Shown: positions 48,421 through 61,400 of the stretch, piece after piece
Numbering within the stretch: position 1 is the stretch's first letter
How the letters are laid out: every line of letters starts with the position of its first letter
From: Chrysomallon squamiferum
Taxonomy: Eukaryota > Animalia > Mollusca
Assembly (NCBI GenBank): GCA_012295275.1
Contig: CM022665.1
Span: forward strand, 46,748,001-46,812,000
Direction of reading: 5' to 3'
Length of the DNA stretch: 64,000 nt
Notes under the pieces: model-generated
Told to the model about the DNA's origin: nothing
Database searches by the model: none
Seen by the model: only the letters and a program-made list of their open reading frames with translations
Translations under genes and position numbers: made by a program

Positions 48421-49838
48421 TTTTTTTTTGGTGCATCTAGTAAATAGTCACCATGGTGACACTATTACCAGAAAACCTCACTGTAAGTTTCAAAAAAAAA
48501 AAAAAAGAAAGGAAAAAAAAAAATGTATTTTAATTGTCAACATGATTTCATAATGACATCGTATTCATCATCCTCATCATCGTAATCGTCATGGAAACAG
48601 TCATCAGGCACACAGTGTCGTGCATTGCATGTGGAAGACGTTCTGATATTTAATATCGAGTGTATTACATAGTCCGTTCGATTATGTAGCTTAACTGTAA
48701 TATAGTCTGTTGATGTATCATGTCGAAAAACCAGTCAACTGATTTTCTTTTTGAATTTTTTTTATTTTTTTGTAATTGTTTAATAATAGTGTTAATACCA
48801 TTGGATATGTTACAGGTTGTTGTCACATACAGGCAGTTTTATATGTATACACACCACCAACCCAGTCTGCTTTCAGGCTTGAATCTTTAAAAACAATTAT
48901 ATATCAATACCGTTCTATGCCTTCAGTTGATATACATGCATTATCAACGATTGTTAATTGATACACATTATCAACAACAGCTGTTGGTTGATACATTATC
49001 AGCAACAGTTGGTTGATACATATCAACAGTCTGTTGATACATTTGGTTATATTGATAAAACAAATTTATTGAAATCGCATATACTGTTGAGATATATATA
49101 TATATATATTGATATAATAAGTTTCAGTTAATTGATATTGTTAATCTGATCTTATGCAGTCAGTTAATAGCAGTTATATACACTTGATAAATGTTATGTC
49201 ACATATGCTTGGTTGATAATACATGATATCGCATACTGCTCTGAATATGAGAAGGTAACTTTCAATAAGATAAATTTCCAATAATACCTTTACTTCTGCA
49301 TACCTTGTGTGTGATTAATTCTCCTGGGAAATGCAGTGTCTTTACATAACTCAATTTTCATCTAAAAAAAACCCAGCATGTAACAAGATATTCAATATAT
49401 TACCGATACATACAATATTAGTATGTACAAATCGTAAGTAATGAATTTTCATAATTGTAGTATCTGTATGCACACAACCAATACAGTGGGTGTATTTATA
49501 TTTTTGTTTTGTTAATATTTTTAATGATGCAAATTGCAGAATATTCTTTGGAGAGAGAGAGAGGGAGAGAGAGAGAGATTGAAAAAAATAATTTTTGACT
49601 GCCAAACTGATGCTTAATTATCTTTAATCATGCAACTGAACTGTACAGGGTGGCGAGGTGCGTTGTTGATTTCAGTAGTGCTTATTGTTGCCAAATGTGA
49701 GTTTGTTTAGCTGTCATTCTAGCTTTTGTTAGTGAGGGATAAACCTGGATTTTATTATTCTGATAGCCGTTGAAACAGATTCCACCTGTTTGTACTACCT
49801 ACATTCATTTCTGTTACAGTTTCATATCTGTCAGTATA

Positions 49839-49902
<64 letters not shown>

Positions 49903-52170
49903 TTTTTTTTTTTTTTTTTTTTTTTTTAGATATTACTATTATAATATTTTTACTGTTACTATTATTTTTTTTTTTTTTTTTTTTTTTGTACTATTACTAT
50001 TGTTATTTTGTTTGGGTTTTAGAAATCATTTTCTTGATTTTCTGTGAAGGTTTTTTTGCTTTTATAATGTTAACTATGCATATATGCTGGCCACACTTGT
50101 TTTTTTTTTTTTTTTGTATTTGTTGTTGTTGTTTTTTTTATCTTACTTTAATGCTGTACATCTTTTAAAACTGTTGGTGGGTTTTATGTGATTTTAAAAA
50201 CATCTGTTCTATTTACTGAGATCATAGGACGTTTGCTCGATTGTTTAAAATCTACATTATATACCAAGGTTACATACTTAACATTTATAATTATTGCATT
50301 TTAGATTTTACTATGTTTTTACCATTTTATTTTGAAGAAAAACCATTTCTGAATTTTCTGTCAATATATATTGTGTATTTTTTTAACATGAAAAAACCCT
50401 GAAGAAACACAAACTTGTACAAACAAGCAAAATTTTTTTATTATTATTTTTTTTTATTGACTGCTAAACAGAATGGTTTCAACTGATAGGTTACACATTG
50501 TAAACTCTGTAATATTTGGCTGATCAGGATTTGCAGCAATCTGATTTGTTAATTCATTTTACATTTGTCAGTGCTGATTGGCTGAGACTGCCAGAAGCTG
50601 TATAATTGATCTCCAGAGTGAAGGCAGCTGTAGGCCAATATTAGATTTAAAAAACATGATGATGTACATGTTTGTTTAAAGTACTGAACTTATTTTGAAA
50701 AAAAAAAAAAATAATAATTTTTAAAATAAAAAAAGAAAAGTTTCAGATTTCCTGATAATGAATAAAATTAATTAAAAAAAAAAAAAAAAAATTTTTTTTT
50801 TTCAAACTGCTTATGACCTGTCCCAGTTATATAAATTTACATAATTATTTACCACTTATTACTATGAGATACATTTGTTATCACACCGTCACAGATTATA
50901 GCATGTCTGTTTTAACTGTTTTATCATCCAGTCATGATCATTTACTGTTTGGATTGTTAAGATGTTTTTAAGTTTTGTTTTAAATTTAATCTACCTGTAA
51001 TGATATTCACATCATCAGGAAGGTCGTTCTTAGGGATATTTCATAACAGAGATAAATTATAATCTTTTTTAGTTTTAAATTTATTTTTTATTTTTATTTT
51101 AAATCATGTAAATTCACATAAAATTTTTGGATTTTTTTTTTTTCTTAAAGATTATATGTAGAATAACAATTCATTTTTTAAATTAATTTTTACTATAATA
51201 TATTCTTTTAAATTTGTAGATTTCCATTTATTGTCATTATTACAAATATTATTAGATGAGAATATTTTATGATAAAATTAAAAATATTTCAAGTTTCAAT
51301 TTTGCCTTCAAAATGTGTAATGTGTAATTACTTTCACATTCAGTGAATTTTACAGTTTTTCTTATTTTTTAACTTTCAGGAAAGATAAATATACCTTCCT
51401 TATGATCAGTTTTATCATATTTGAAAATCTGTCCAAATTGTCTTTTTTAAATATAAATGTAAATTGTTTTAAAATCGCAATATTTTCTACTTACATCAAG
51501 AGAAATGTTACTTACTCATACTACTGTTGTACAGTTACTATTATCTTTTTTATCACTCCACATTGTTTATTCTTTTATTTCTATGATATTTCAGGCTTTT
51601 ACTGTGTCATCACAAATCGTCCATATGTCTGTTGAGATGTCTTAACAATTGTGTGCCTTACATCAGTATTTTTAAGTAATAGTACAGAATTTACAGCAGT
51701 CGTGTATTTTATTTTATTTGTGGCTATGAAATGAATCACGTTTTAATGAAAGTAAGTTATTTTTATCAAGTGTACTTAAATGGTTTTTTTTTTTTAAAAA
51801 GAAAAATTTCATGTTTTAATATTTATTATTTTTTTTAAAATTAATTGTGACCAAGAAATATTTTAATATAGAATTAAATTTTTTTTTTTGAAAATTGTTG
51901 AATGTTTATAACCAGGAGAATGGCAGTTTTAATGTGTTATGTAAGTACAAAGAAACATATACAAACTGTTTTACTTCTGTTGTGTAATATTAAAAAATAA
52001 CACACATATACCTGTGTATATACTGCTATACGATATAAGTTTATCATTAATTATAACTACTATTTTTTATATATATATGGCTTTATCAAATGATTGATAT
52101 TTTATATTACAGTAATTCAAAAAATAATAAAATATGTTGTTTTTATTTAAAATAAAGTGGTTTTATGTTA
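48052..52170 (+). other. Probable long TEAD 3' UTR (end uncertain)
   Basis: U-rich non-coding sequence after the stop; AATAAA at 52151-52156 followed by a GU-rich stretch; several other AATAAA hexamers also exist. Confidence 0.4.
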
Positions 52171-54429
52171 TAAAATATTTGCAAATATGCAAAATAAATA
52201 TATTTTATTGTAATAAAATTAAGATGAAGTGAATTTTAACAGATTATTTTATAATAATAAGAAATTAATATAAAGTAAATTTTAGCAAATTATCTTATAA
52301 TAATGAAAATAAATCTATTAATTTCTGTATTTTAAAAATAACAAACATACATAAGAACTTTTATGATACACTGTAATTTATTAATATAATTATGTATATA
52401 TATATATTTACATTAGAAAATATACAAAAAAAAAGCCAAACAACCAAACCCCCCCCCAACAATAACAATGGTATATAAAAGAATGTTTAAAGGATTAATA
52501 ACTGAAAAAAAGAATGACAACCAGATTATTTTGGTAATGGTATATGCAAGATAATTTGATAAATAAATGAACAGCGGCCATTATGTTGGTAAACAGCACT
52601 GCAAATATAAGATTTTGCTTACAGATAAATTGTTAAAATATTTTATTATTAAAAACAATTTAAGAACGAAGAGAACACCTTTTTTTTTTTTTTTTTTTTT
52701 TTTTAATTTTATTATTTGGTATAAAGAAATGAATTATTTTACATCTAAAATTTGCTCATAGAGTAACATGCATCTTTAAGGCACAGTCTGTAACGACTAT
52801 TTACTCAGTTGGCAAACTATTACATTCTGGCATTCAAAAAACATATTCATATTATTATTTGAAAAAACAAGATTTTATTTCAAATATTATGAGAGTTTGG
52901 AAACTGTATTAACAAAAATTTCTAATTTAATGTTTGATTGTATTATTATTTTTACTATATAAAAAGTATACTACATAATACAAACAGAGAATTAATACTG
53001 ATACTTTCATTGCAGGGAATATGATAAAGTTTACAGATATATATATATATAAAATATATATATATATAATGCAAGATAACATTTTAGTTTTTATACCATC
53101 AAGTGCAAGACAGTTTCACAAAACATGAAAATGTCAGATGTTATGTATGCATATTGTGGCAATTGTATTGTTTCAGATATTTGTTATATGGTATGGCAAA
53201 TACATGAAAATATATTTTTTTATAAAAAGAATAGTAATTAATTTGAAATAGCAACATGTTGATTTTTAAAAGACTGAATTTCATTTAAACTTTATTATTA
53301 TTATTATTATAATAACATTATTTATTATTAATAATATTGTTAATGTTTTTATGATTATTATTATTATTATTATTATTATTACAAACATTTCTGTTTCTTG
53401 CATTAAGCTTAATTTTATTAATCATATCACTTAAAGAAAAAACACAAAAAAACCCAATAAATGTTAGAATTTTAAAATGGTATAGTCCATTCAGTGATTT
53501 GAAGTATAATGTAAATGACGTCATATACTCAGTGATGGTTGTTAAAACACAGTTGCCTCAGAAACGTTTATTTTGTATTACAAAGTTTTCATAAAGCTAT
53601 ATTTTTTTTCTTGTTAACATTTTAACAAAATGTAAAACATGGCAATAGCGACTTTTTACAGTTATTCTGTGCCTTGAAATGTGGAAGTTCCGTCCTAATA
53701 CTCTGTGATGAGTCAATGGCCTTCACCTTTACAAGCAGAATAGATATTATTTAAATTAATTTGTATAAACAAAGAATTAGATTTTTAAGATACGTTTAAA
53801 AATTATTTTTGGATTAAAAAAAAATAATAATAAAAAATGAGAATGTTTCAGTATCATTCAAACAATATTAAGCACATATTTTTATTAAAATTATTATTAT
53901 TATTTTAATAACAAAATTTTTGAAGAATAATTTTTAAAAAATTAATATTATGGCAAGGTTAATAACATGAAACACATCCTCCCACAAACAAAACGCACGC
54001 ACGCAATCAAACGCACACACACAACAATGTTCCATTTCTTCATAATTGTAAGAATCTTCTACTTAACTATGTATTAATATATTATACTTGATGTTTTTAT
54101 AAAAAAAGAAAAAAAAATAATAATCAAAGACAGATAATTAATTTTATATGATTCTTGGTTACTCATAACATTTCTCTGCGTATATCAGTAATTACAAATT
54201 TAACATGATGATATTTATATTTAACTTGATTGAAGCTGCTGTGTCATGTTTTTTTTGTTTTTCTTCTTTCACTCTGTTTGGTTACCACGAGAGAGACAAA
54301 CGTTTGTAAATCCCATTTGTGTTACAGTTGTTATGAATAGTCTCACCCATCACATACTCCCACCCTGAAACCCACCCTCTTCTCTTACCTCTTAGTTTTT
54401 ATTTCAGTAAATAGTTATTATTACTATTA

Positions 54430-54500
<71 letters not shown>

Positions 54501-54717
54501 CGGCTGCTTGATTATAATAATATTGTTGATGATTGTGAATCTTAATGACAAAATAAATTTAAAAATAACAATAAAATAAAAAAATAAAAACTTCCAAGTG
54601 ATGAATGAAGAAAGAAAAAAAAGAAAAAAAAAAGAATGTAAAACACTTTCATTATCTGCCATTTTAAATAGATGGTTGTGATTAATCATGAAGATTATTA
54701 TTTTTTAATTTAATTCA

Positions 54718-54755
<38 letters not shown>

Positions 54756-56123
54756 GTTATTGTTATGATTGTAAAATTGAAAAATTGTTCTCGGTTTTGC
54801 TCCGTCCTTGAGAACTATTTAATATACTTTTATTTTTAATTATTTCATCTTTTTTAAATTTAAAAATTTGTTTCATTCTGAATTTAAAATTTTGATCAAA
54901 AACAGTATTTAATGTCGCCAAAATACTAAGACATAATTTAATGTTGTATAAAAATTAAATTATTAACATTTATATTTTAAGAAATTGAATACCTAATCTG
55001 GTTAAAACCTAGTTTTAAATACATTCTTTCATTTCACAGACTTTTTAGGCCTTTTACCAACCCACTAGTCGAAACTGCTGAATTTATAGAATTTAGAATT
55101 GAAATAGTAATACATTGTGACAAAAGATATTTTCAAAGAAAAATGTTCAATGTAAAAATAATAAAACAAGAATTATGTAAAATAATACTGTGCAACTGTG
55201 CAACATTGTATACATTTATGCAAATACAATGTAAACAAAACGTCTATCTCTGTAGTGACTTGTTTGGTAAATGCATTTTATACACGTATATATAAATATA
55301 TATATATATATATCTTGATTTTAGCGCCCTTAGTGAGCCATTTTGTACATCTTTTCATCTTCATATACAAATAATCCATTCTTTTATAATATATTTGTCT
55401 ACCATGTTTGAAATTAAATGCTTTTGTAAAGAAAATGACGTGTTTGCTTTGTTCATTACTTCTGACAGTCGTTTATAAATTACAGGAATCAATCTATCAA
55501 AAACAAATATCTCTCTCTCTCTCGCATATGTATATGCATATGCATACTCGTACTTTTTCTCGAAATAATGAAATATACTTACTACGTCACAAAATATTTT
55601 CGTGATTATTCGCTGTATTATGCATGCACACATGCACAGTGGGGGAAAAATATATACATAAAAAAGCAGTAACAACAATTTAAACTAATATTACTGAGTG
55701 ACAGTCAAACTTATTTAATTTTAACTATGGTAAGGTTGTGTATCGCGATTCAGTATCTTGAATACAAGTAGTATGTATTTATTTATTTATAAAAAAATAA
55801 AATCATACAAATGGTAATTCTTTTCCTATTTCATTACTGATACTGCGCTACTGCTGCTACTGCTAGTAGTAGTATTAATAAGGATAATAGAAATTGTGAT
55901 AGTTATGGAAGACCGGGCTTTATAAAAATGAAAGTAGGCCTGCTTCCCGGAATTTTCGAATACGAAAACGAAACATACATTTACCTTTTATATATATATA
56001 TATTTTTTAAATAAAATGATAATTTAGTAGTAGTAACATGTAGAAATTATTATTAATCAGGCACAGGTATTTCATTATTAACAATCAATCGCATACACAG
56101 AACAGTTTGATCAAATTTCAAAA

Positions 56124-56331
56124 ACATCAAAGTGATATTAAAATAAAAATTTATCAAAGTTAAGATCGTTCATGACACCAAGCATCAAAGAAACATGAAA
56201 AATTCTCTCACAATTTCCCCACTTCCCAAATACTTCAAAGAATCTAAATAAAACAAACAGTATATTTTTAATAACTCTGAAGTGCAGAGATCAAAAGAAT
56301 GGCCTGATTGATCTGAACGGTAGATCAAAGG
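56124..56331 (+). promoter_or_regulatory. Cluster of TCF/LEF motifs (WTCAAAG x5, including AGATCAAAGG)
   Basis: Motifs at 56126, 56153, 56184, 56234 and 56324, plus variant AGATCAAAAG at 56288; all in the same orientation. Confidence 0.65.
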
Positions 56332-56427
56332 ATGTTACCGATATGAATGCTCGTTCACACGACAACTTGCAATAAGTATGTTTGTTTAACATGGTGGCCT
56401 CTTGTTCGTGAACCCATTTCAGAACCT

Positions 56428-56462
56428 TATAAATATGACAGATGGAGCTTTTCATGTCATTA
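56428..56462 (+). promoter_or_regulatory. TATA box (TATAAAT 56428-56434) and Inr-like TCATT (A at 56459)
   Basis: 31-nt TATA-to-Inr spacing, about 100 nt upstream of ATG 56561. Confidence 0.65.
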
Positions 56463-56560
56463 CAGTTCTCTGGGTATCAAGTAGCAGTCACATCACACTC
56501 GGAATTTAAAAAAAGAAATATAAAAATAAACGTTTTCTTCGATACCATTACATACTGAGA

Positions 56561-57207
56561 ATGGATGTTTTAGAAGCCTCTATGAAGTTGAAAAGCATGT
56601 TAGAAGCACACGAGAAAGCCGTTAAGAAAATTCAAAGTTTAGGTATTCAAAGATAATTTTTCTTTATTTATTAATTTAGATCTATTAATTTCATTAACAC
56701 TAAAGGCTTACTGAAATTGCCATATATGTTCATAAAAATATGACTGGGTCATTTCATATTTGTCAAAGAAGCAAACAAAGAATTTATTATTTATCATCAT
56801 TTATACTATTACTTGTTTTAGTTTAGTATAAAACGTTACTGTTTATTTATTTAATTACACAAATTCACATCGATATTTTATTTGTTCTGTTTACAGAAAC
56901 ATCCATAGATCGCCTGACAAAGACTCTGGTTTTAGGAAACGCATGTAACCACGTCCGCAACGGCCACCTCGTCATACAACGTCGCTGTATTCTGCTGGGT
57001 TTGAGAGAGATGTACATCGTGTACCGCACGCGCAAGTGGCGGGAATTCACGACGTATGTCGGTCTGCTCACCGCCATTTTGGATCCTGAAAACGAGTCTC
57101 ATCTTCGCTGGAACGACCCTGGTCCTCATCCCAGCAACAGCCATGAGGTTACCGACAACGCCAGAGTATTCTCTATAGACTTTTGTGAAATGAACAGAGG
57201 CTTATAG
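56561..57207 (+). CDS. Two-exon uncharacterised 130-aa protein (exons 56561-56642 and 56897-57207), predicted mostly helical
   Basis: MDVLEASMKLKSMLEAHEKAVKKIQSL-G|GTATTC...ttacag|AA gives an uninterrupted frame ...ETSIDRLTKTLVLGNACNHVRNGHLVIQRRCILLGLREMYIVYRTRKWREFTTYVGLL...NRGL*; 393 nt total; TATA/Inr upstream and AATAAA at 57299-57304. Confidence 0.8.
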
Positions 57208-58450
57208 CATACAAGCATAATGTATAATATTTAAAAACGTAATATAAAAAAGATATACAATATGAAAACGGACGCCTAATTATTGCGCTAGTATGAGAAA
57301 TAAATGAATTAGTGTGCTTAATATAATTATATTATTGCATTGTGTGTGTGTGCTTAAAAATAATTATGTTAATTTATTTCATGTTGTTATAATAGTAAAC
57401 AGTGCTGAATGTTTGTTTTGTTTTTCTGTTATTTTTCAAAATTTTGTTTTATTGTTATACGTAACTGAAGTTATGTCAGTAAAAACGTATCATTATTTAC
57501 ATTATTGTAAATGTATTTAATAAACCTGTCAAAATAGATAGATGAGTTGGAAAATAATACATGCATACCAATATGTAATATATAAATATTAACATTTAGA
57601 TCAATGTATTTTGAAAATCTGCTTATGTTTTGATGTTTTTGTGTATTATTTTCTTGGTTGATGTTAACCAGAATTGTGGCTCTGTGGATGCTGTACACGA
57701 TAAATATTTAATGTTATTGCTGAATTATTTCATCGCTCAATAAATTCGGTAAACATTAGAATGTCTTGTTTTATTCGTATCTTTTCTATAATTACTCTGA
57801 TTATCATCGTCACATTTGAAAGTTTACGCAGTTTGATTCTGAGTGAAAAACATAATAACAACAACAATAATAATAATAATAATAACTGTAATAATAATAA
57901 TAGAGTAATATAAAAATAAATTAATACAAAATTTAATAATAAATAAAACAAATGTAAATAATAAACAAATGACTCGATACCTCGATCTTTTACATAATTA
58001 TGAATATATTCACATGAAGCTCAGTCATAAACAATTACATTCATAAAATCACAAATTTATATAATAACGTTTACTTGACTGCGGTCATTTTAACTTGTTT
58101 ATTTCTGTTATTTAGCAGCGCAGTTAATTACCATCAACCAGTCATGCGTTATTGCGTATTTCCCCAAAATTTCTATTTTTAGCATCGCCTCGTCGTCTGA
58201 CACTTTTTCGATATGGATATGATGGCTGCTTATTACGTTTGCAAACCGTAAAACACCAGTTTCACTTTTCTAACTATATTCTTCGAAACTAAATCTAGAC
58301 TGTTTACTAATAGAAAATCTGGAAAAACTCTGGAAAAGTTACTCAGATCTGCTAACCGGAGATAACGACTGGGAATTTTTACTTATAATGTGTTTGGTGG
58401 TGTCTGACTGCTATCCAACTCGGATGAGAAATTAGTGATTTCAAGAAGCC

Positions 58451-61400
58451 ATGAATAAGGGCGTCGTAGTCGTTGTTTTTCTGTGTATTCTTGCCGTCAC
58501 ACTCGTACCGGTAATGGTTTTGTTTATTTTGTACCATTTATTATTTACAAGTTATGTTTACTTATTAATTTATTATTGTTAGTGTTGGTCGAATATTTTT
58601 TTATTTTTTTTTTGCAAAATTAGAATTTATATATATATTTATATTTAATTCTTGTACGGGATAGACAAAAGAAATTTGAAACAGGAACAAGACGATTCAA
58701 TAAAAATACACAGAGACATACATGGATTGGGTTACTCAAAGCAGACATTGCACTCACTCGTATGCGCGCGCACACTGACACACAAACACTCACAAAATCG
58801 AGAGAGAGAAAAAAGATCTTTTAAGTTGTTATCATCATCATCATCATCATTATTAATATAGCTATTGTCCTTCTTATTGTTATTTTCTACATCACGAAAG
58901 ATAACTAATCAGCCAAACAACCTGAAAGAAAAAAACGATTTACAAAATGTAAGTTTCTTTTTCGCTACAATTCTTGGAACTGTAGAAGCAAGCAAGCCTT
59001 CTCGCGTGCAAGTCTGGTTTCATCTTTCATTTCCAAACGTTTTGTTAGGTGGCCTAGTTTTTGGCTGAGGTAAAGCCGCCCTCACACTGTATCGTTTGTC
59101 ATACAACAGCGAAAGCGAGTAGACACTGCTCTACATGTTGTTACGGCAAATCGCTCAGTGTGAACGTACAGACTTTGACCTTTTCGGTGGTGTACTTTTC
59201 TTCTCTCATGATCTGACTTTTTGTTATTTAGGAAAATGATTCTGGCGTTACGTGTCTCATCTGTTGTTTAATCAACAAGGAACGACATCAACACAAATAA
59301 AATGACGCCAACAACAACAACAATGATAATAAACTAGAGCGTGATGTAATAAAATACAAACAAAAAGCCCATCAAAAGAACACAATGAAAAAAAAAAAAA
59401 AACAATAAACAAAAACAATAACAGCAATATAATAACAGTAACAACAACAATAATAACAAAAATAACAACAGTAACAACAATAATATCAAAAATAACAACA
59501 GTAACAACAACAATAATAATAAAAAATGACAATAGTAACAACAACAACAGCAATAATAATATCAAAAATAACAACAGTAACAACAACAACAATAATAATA
59601 ACAAAAATAACAGCAGTAACAACAACAACAACAGTAATATTGTTTTTGTTGCAGGCGTTGCTGTGGTGGTTTGGTGTGATTAAAATTGAAAGCCATGAAG
59701 ACGTCTGTGCTGACGGCAAGCCTTGCCCATGTCCGGAGTATTACTACAAACCTGATATATTCAAAACATCGTGTGAACCAAGTAAGAGTTACCTCCCCTG
59801 TATTTTTAGAGTGCGATGATAATTACAGCCCGAGCACACTGTATCAGTTTCCAAGTTTCCGAGTTCTCTCTGGCCTTTTATTACAGTATGTTAAATAGCC
59901 TGTGCACACAGAAATTAAAACAATAACGTCCCAAAATAATTATAACTATTTGATTTAACTACATTTTCCTCTGTCTAGTCTCTAAAACACTTATTTACTA
60001 TTCACGATAAAACTTCTCGTGATACGTTAATAATTTGAACATGGCTTCTTTCATTTTTATTCTTCGACGGTGAAATGCTCCCAAGAGCTTGTATATTACA
60101 TTTATAATGGAATTTCCCCAATGATAAGAACGTAAAGATTATATATATATATAACAATTAATATCTGCCCGTTTTACTTTGTCGATATCTGATTGACAGA
60201 TATGTTGAAAGGTGTATATGTATGTATTTATATATATTATAATTATTCCTATATTTCAGATTCTGACATTATTTTAGGATTGGTTATTATTACGTATGAT
60301 GTTGTTTTTGTTGATAATACTATTACTGTTATTATTGTTTACATGTTTTTCTTTTATATCCCTTTATTACAGTCAGCAATCTGAAAGTAACTCACGTCAG
60401 TTTTACTCGGGTAAATCGGAAGAACTTCACCGTAATCTGGCAACAAGATCACGACTTTGTCGGGATCGCCGGGTACGAAGTGACATGGATACCTGGGTCT
60501 GGTTCGACGGAGGTGATGAGAACAGCGAGGTCATCACAGGTCACAGGTCTTGACCCCGGAACTGAATATTTAGTAGCTGTCACGACACTTCTTGATGCTA
60601 ATAATAGACTGGCTCGAGTTGGAACAGCAGCTACTGTTAAAACTAGTGAGTGGAGGATGATCGCATAGTAACAGGACTTCGATAACAATATTTAAATACA
60701 AATATAGCAATATATAACAAAGGGAAAAAAGTGTTTGGCAAAGAGAGTAAAAAAAAAAGAGGCAAATAATAATGGTGAATAAATAAATAAATAAATAAAT
60801 ACAATATGAAATATAATAATATAAAAAAGATAAATATTAATAATGATGATAACGAATAAATAAATAAAATAATAATAATAAAAGAAATAAAATAATATAA
60901 AAAGATAAATAAAAATAATAAAATAAAGGAAAAGAAAAGAAAGAAGAAAGGAAATAATAATAATAACAACAATAATGATGATGATAAATAATAAGTAAAT
61001 AAAATAATAAGAAAAATTAAGAAATATTATAAAACGATAAAAAAAAATGATAATGAAATAAAGGAAAAAAAAAAAAGCAAGATGAAAAGAAAGGAAATAA
61101 CAGTCATCATTATTAAATGAAATAAAATATATAAAGAGAATGAAACGAAAACAGTACGCGTAACAAACACACCCGTACACATTTTATTGTGTATTGTAAA
61201 ATTAATTAAAACAAAAAATAATTATTTAAATTTAAATTAAATAAAAAAGAAGAAAAACAAGAAAATAATAAGCTATTCTAAACCAAAGTAATACAATAAA
61301 ATAACACCAAAAAAAAAAAAAAAAAAAAAAAAATAATAATTATAATTAAAATAAAAACATGAAAATAAACGAAACTTAATTAATAAAAAAAAAAAAAAAA

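Noticed and set aside
50217-50225. TGAGATCAT, matching the 5' end of bantam miRNA
   Set aside because: The match stops after 9 nt and no precursor hairpin is evident
56865-57144. Two 70-aa minus-strand ORFs
   Set aside because: Antisense shadows of the plus-strand exon 56897-57207
59232-59306. Possible extra exon (ttag|GAA AAT GAT TCT...) in the FN3 gene
   Set aside because: No convincing donor, the frame reaches a stop, and exon 1 already joins 59655 in phase
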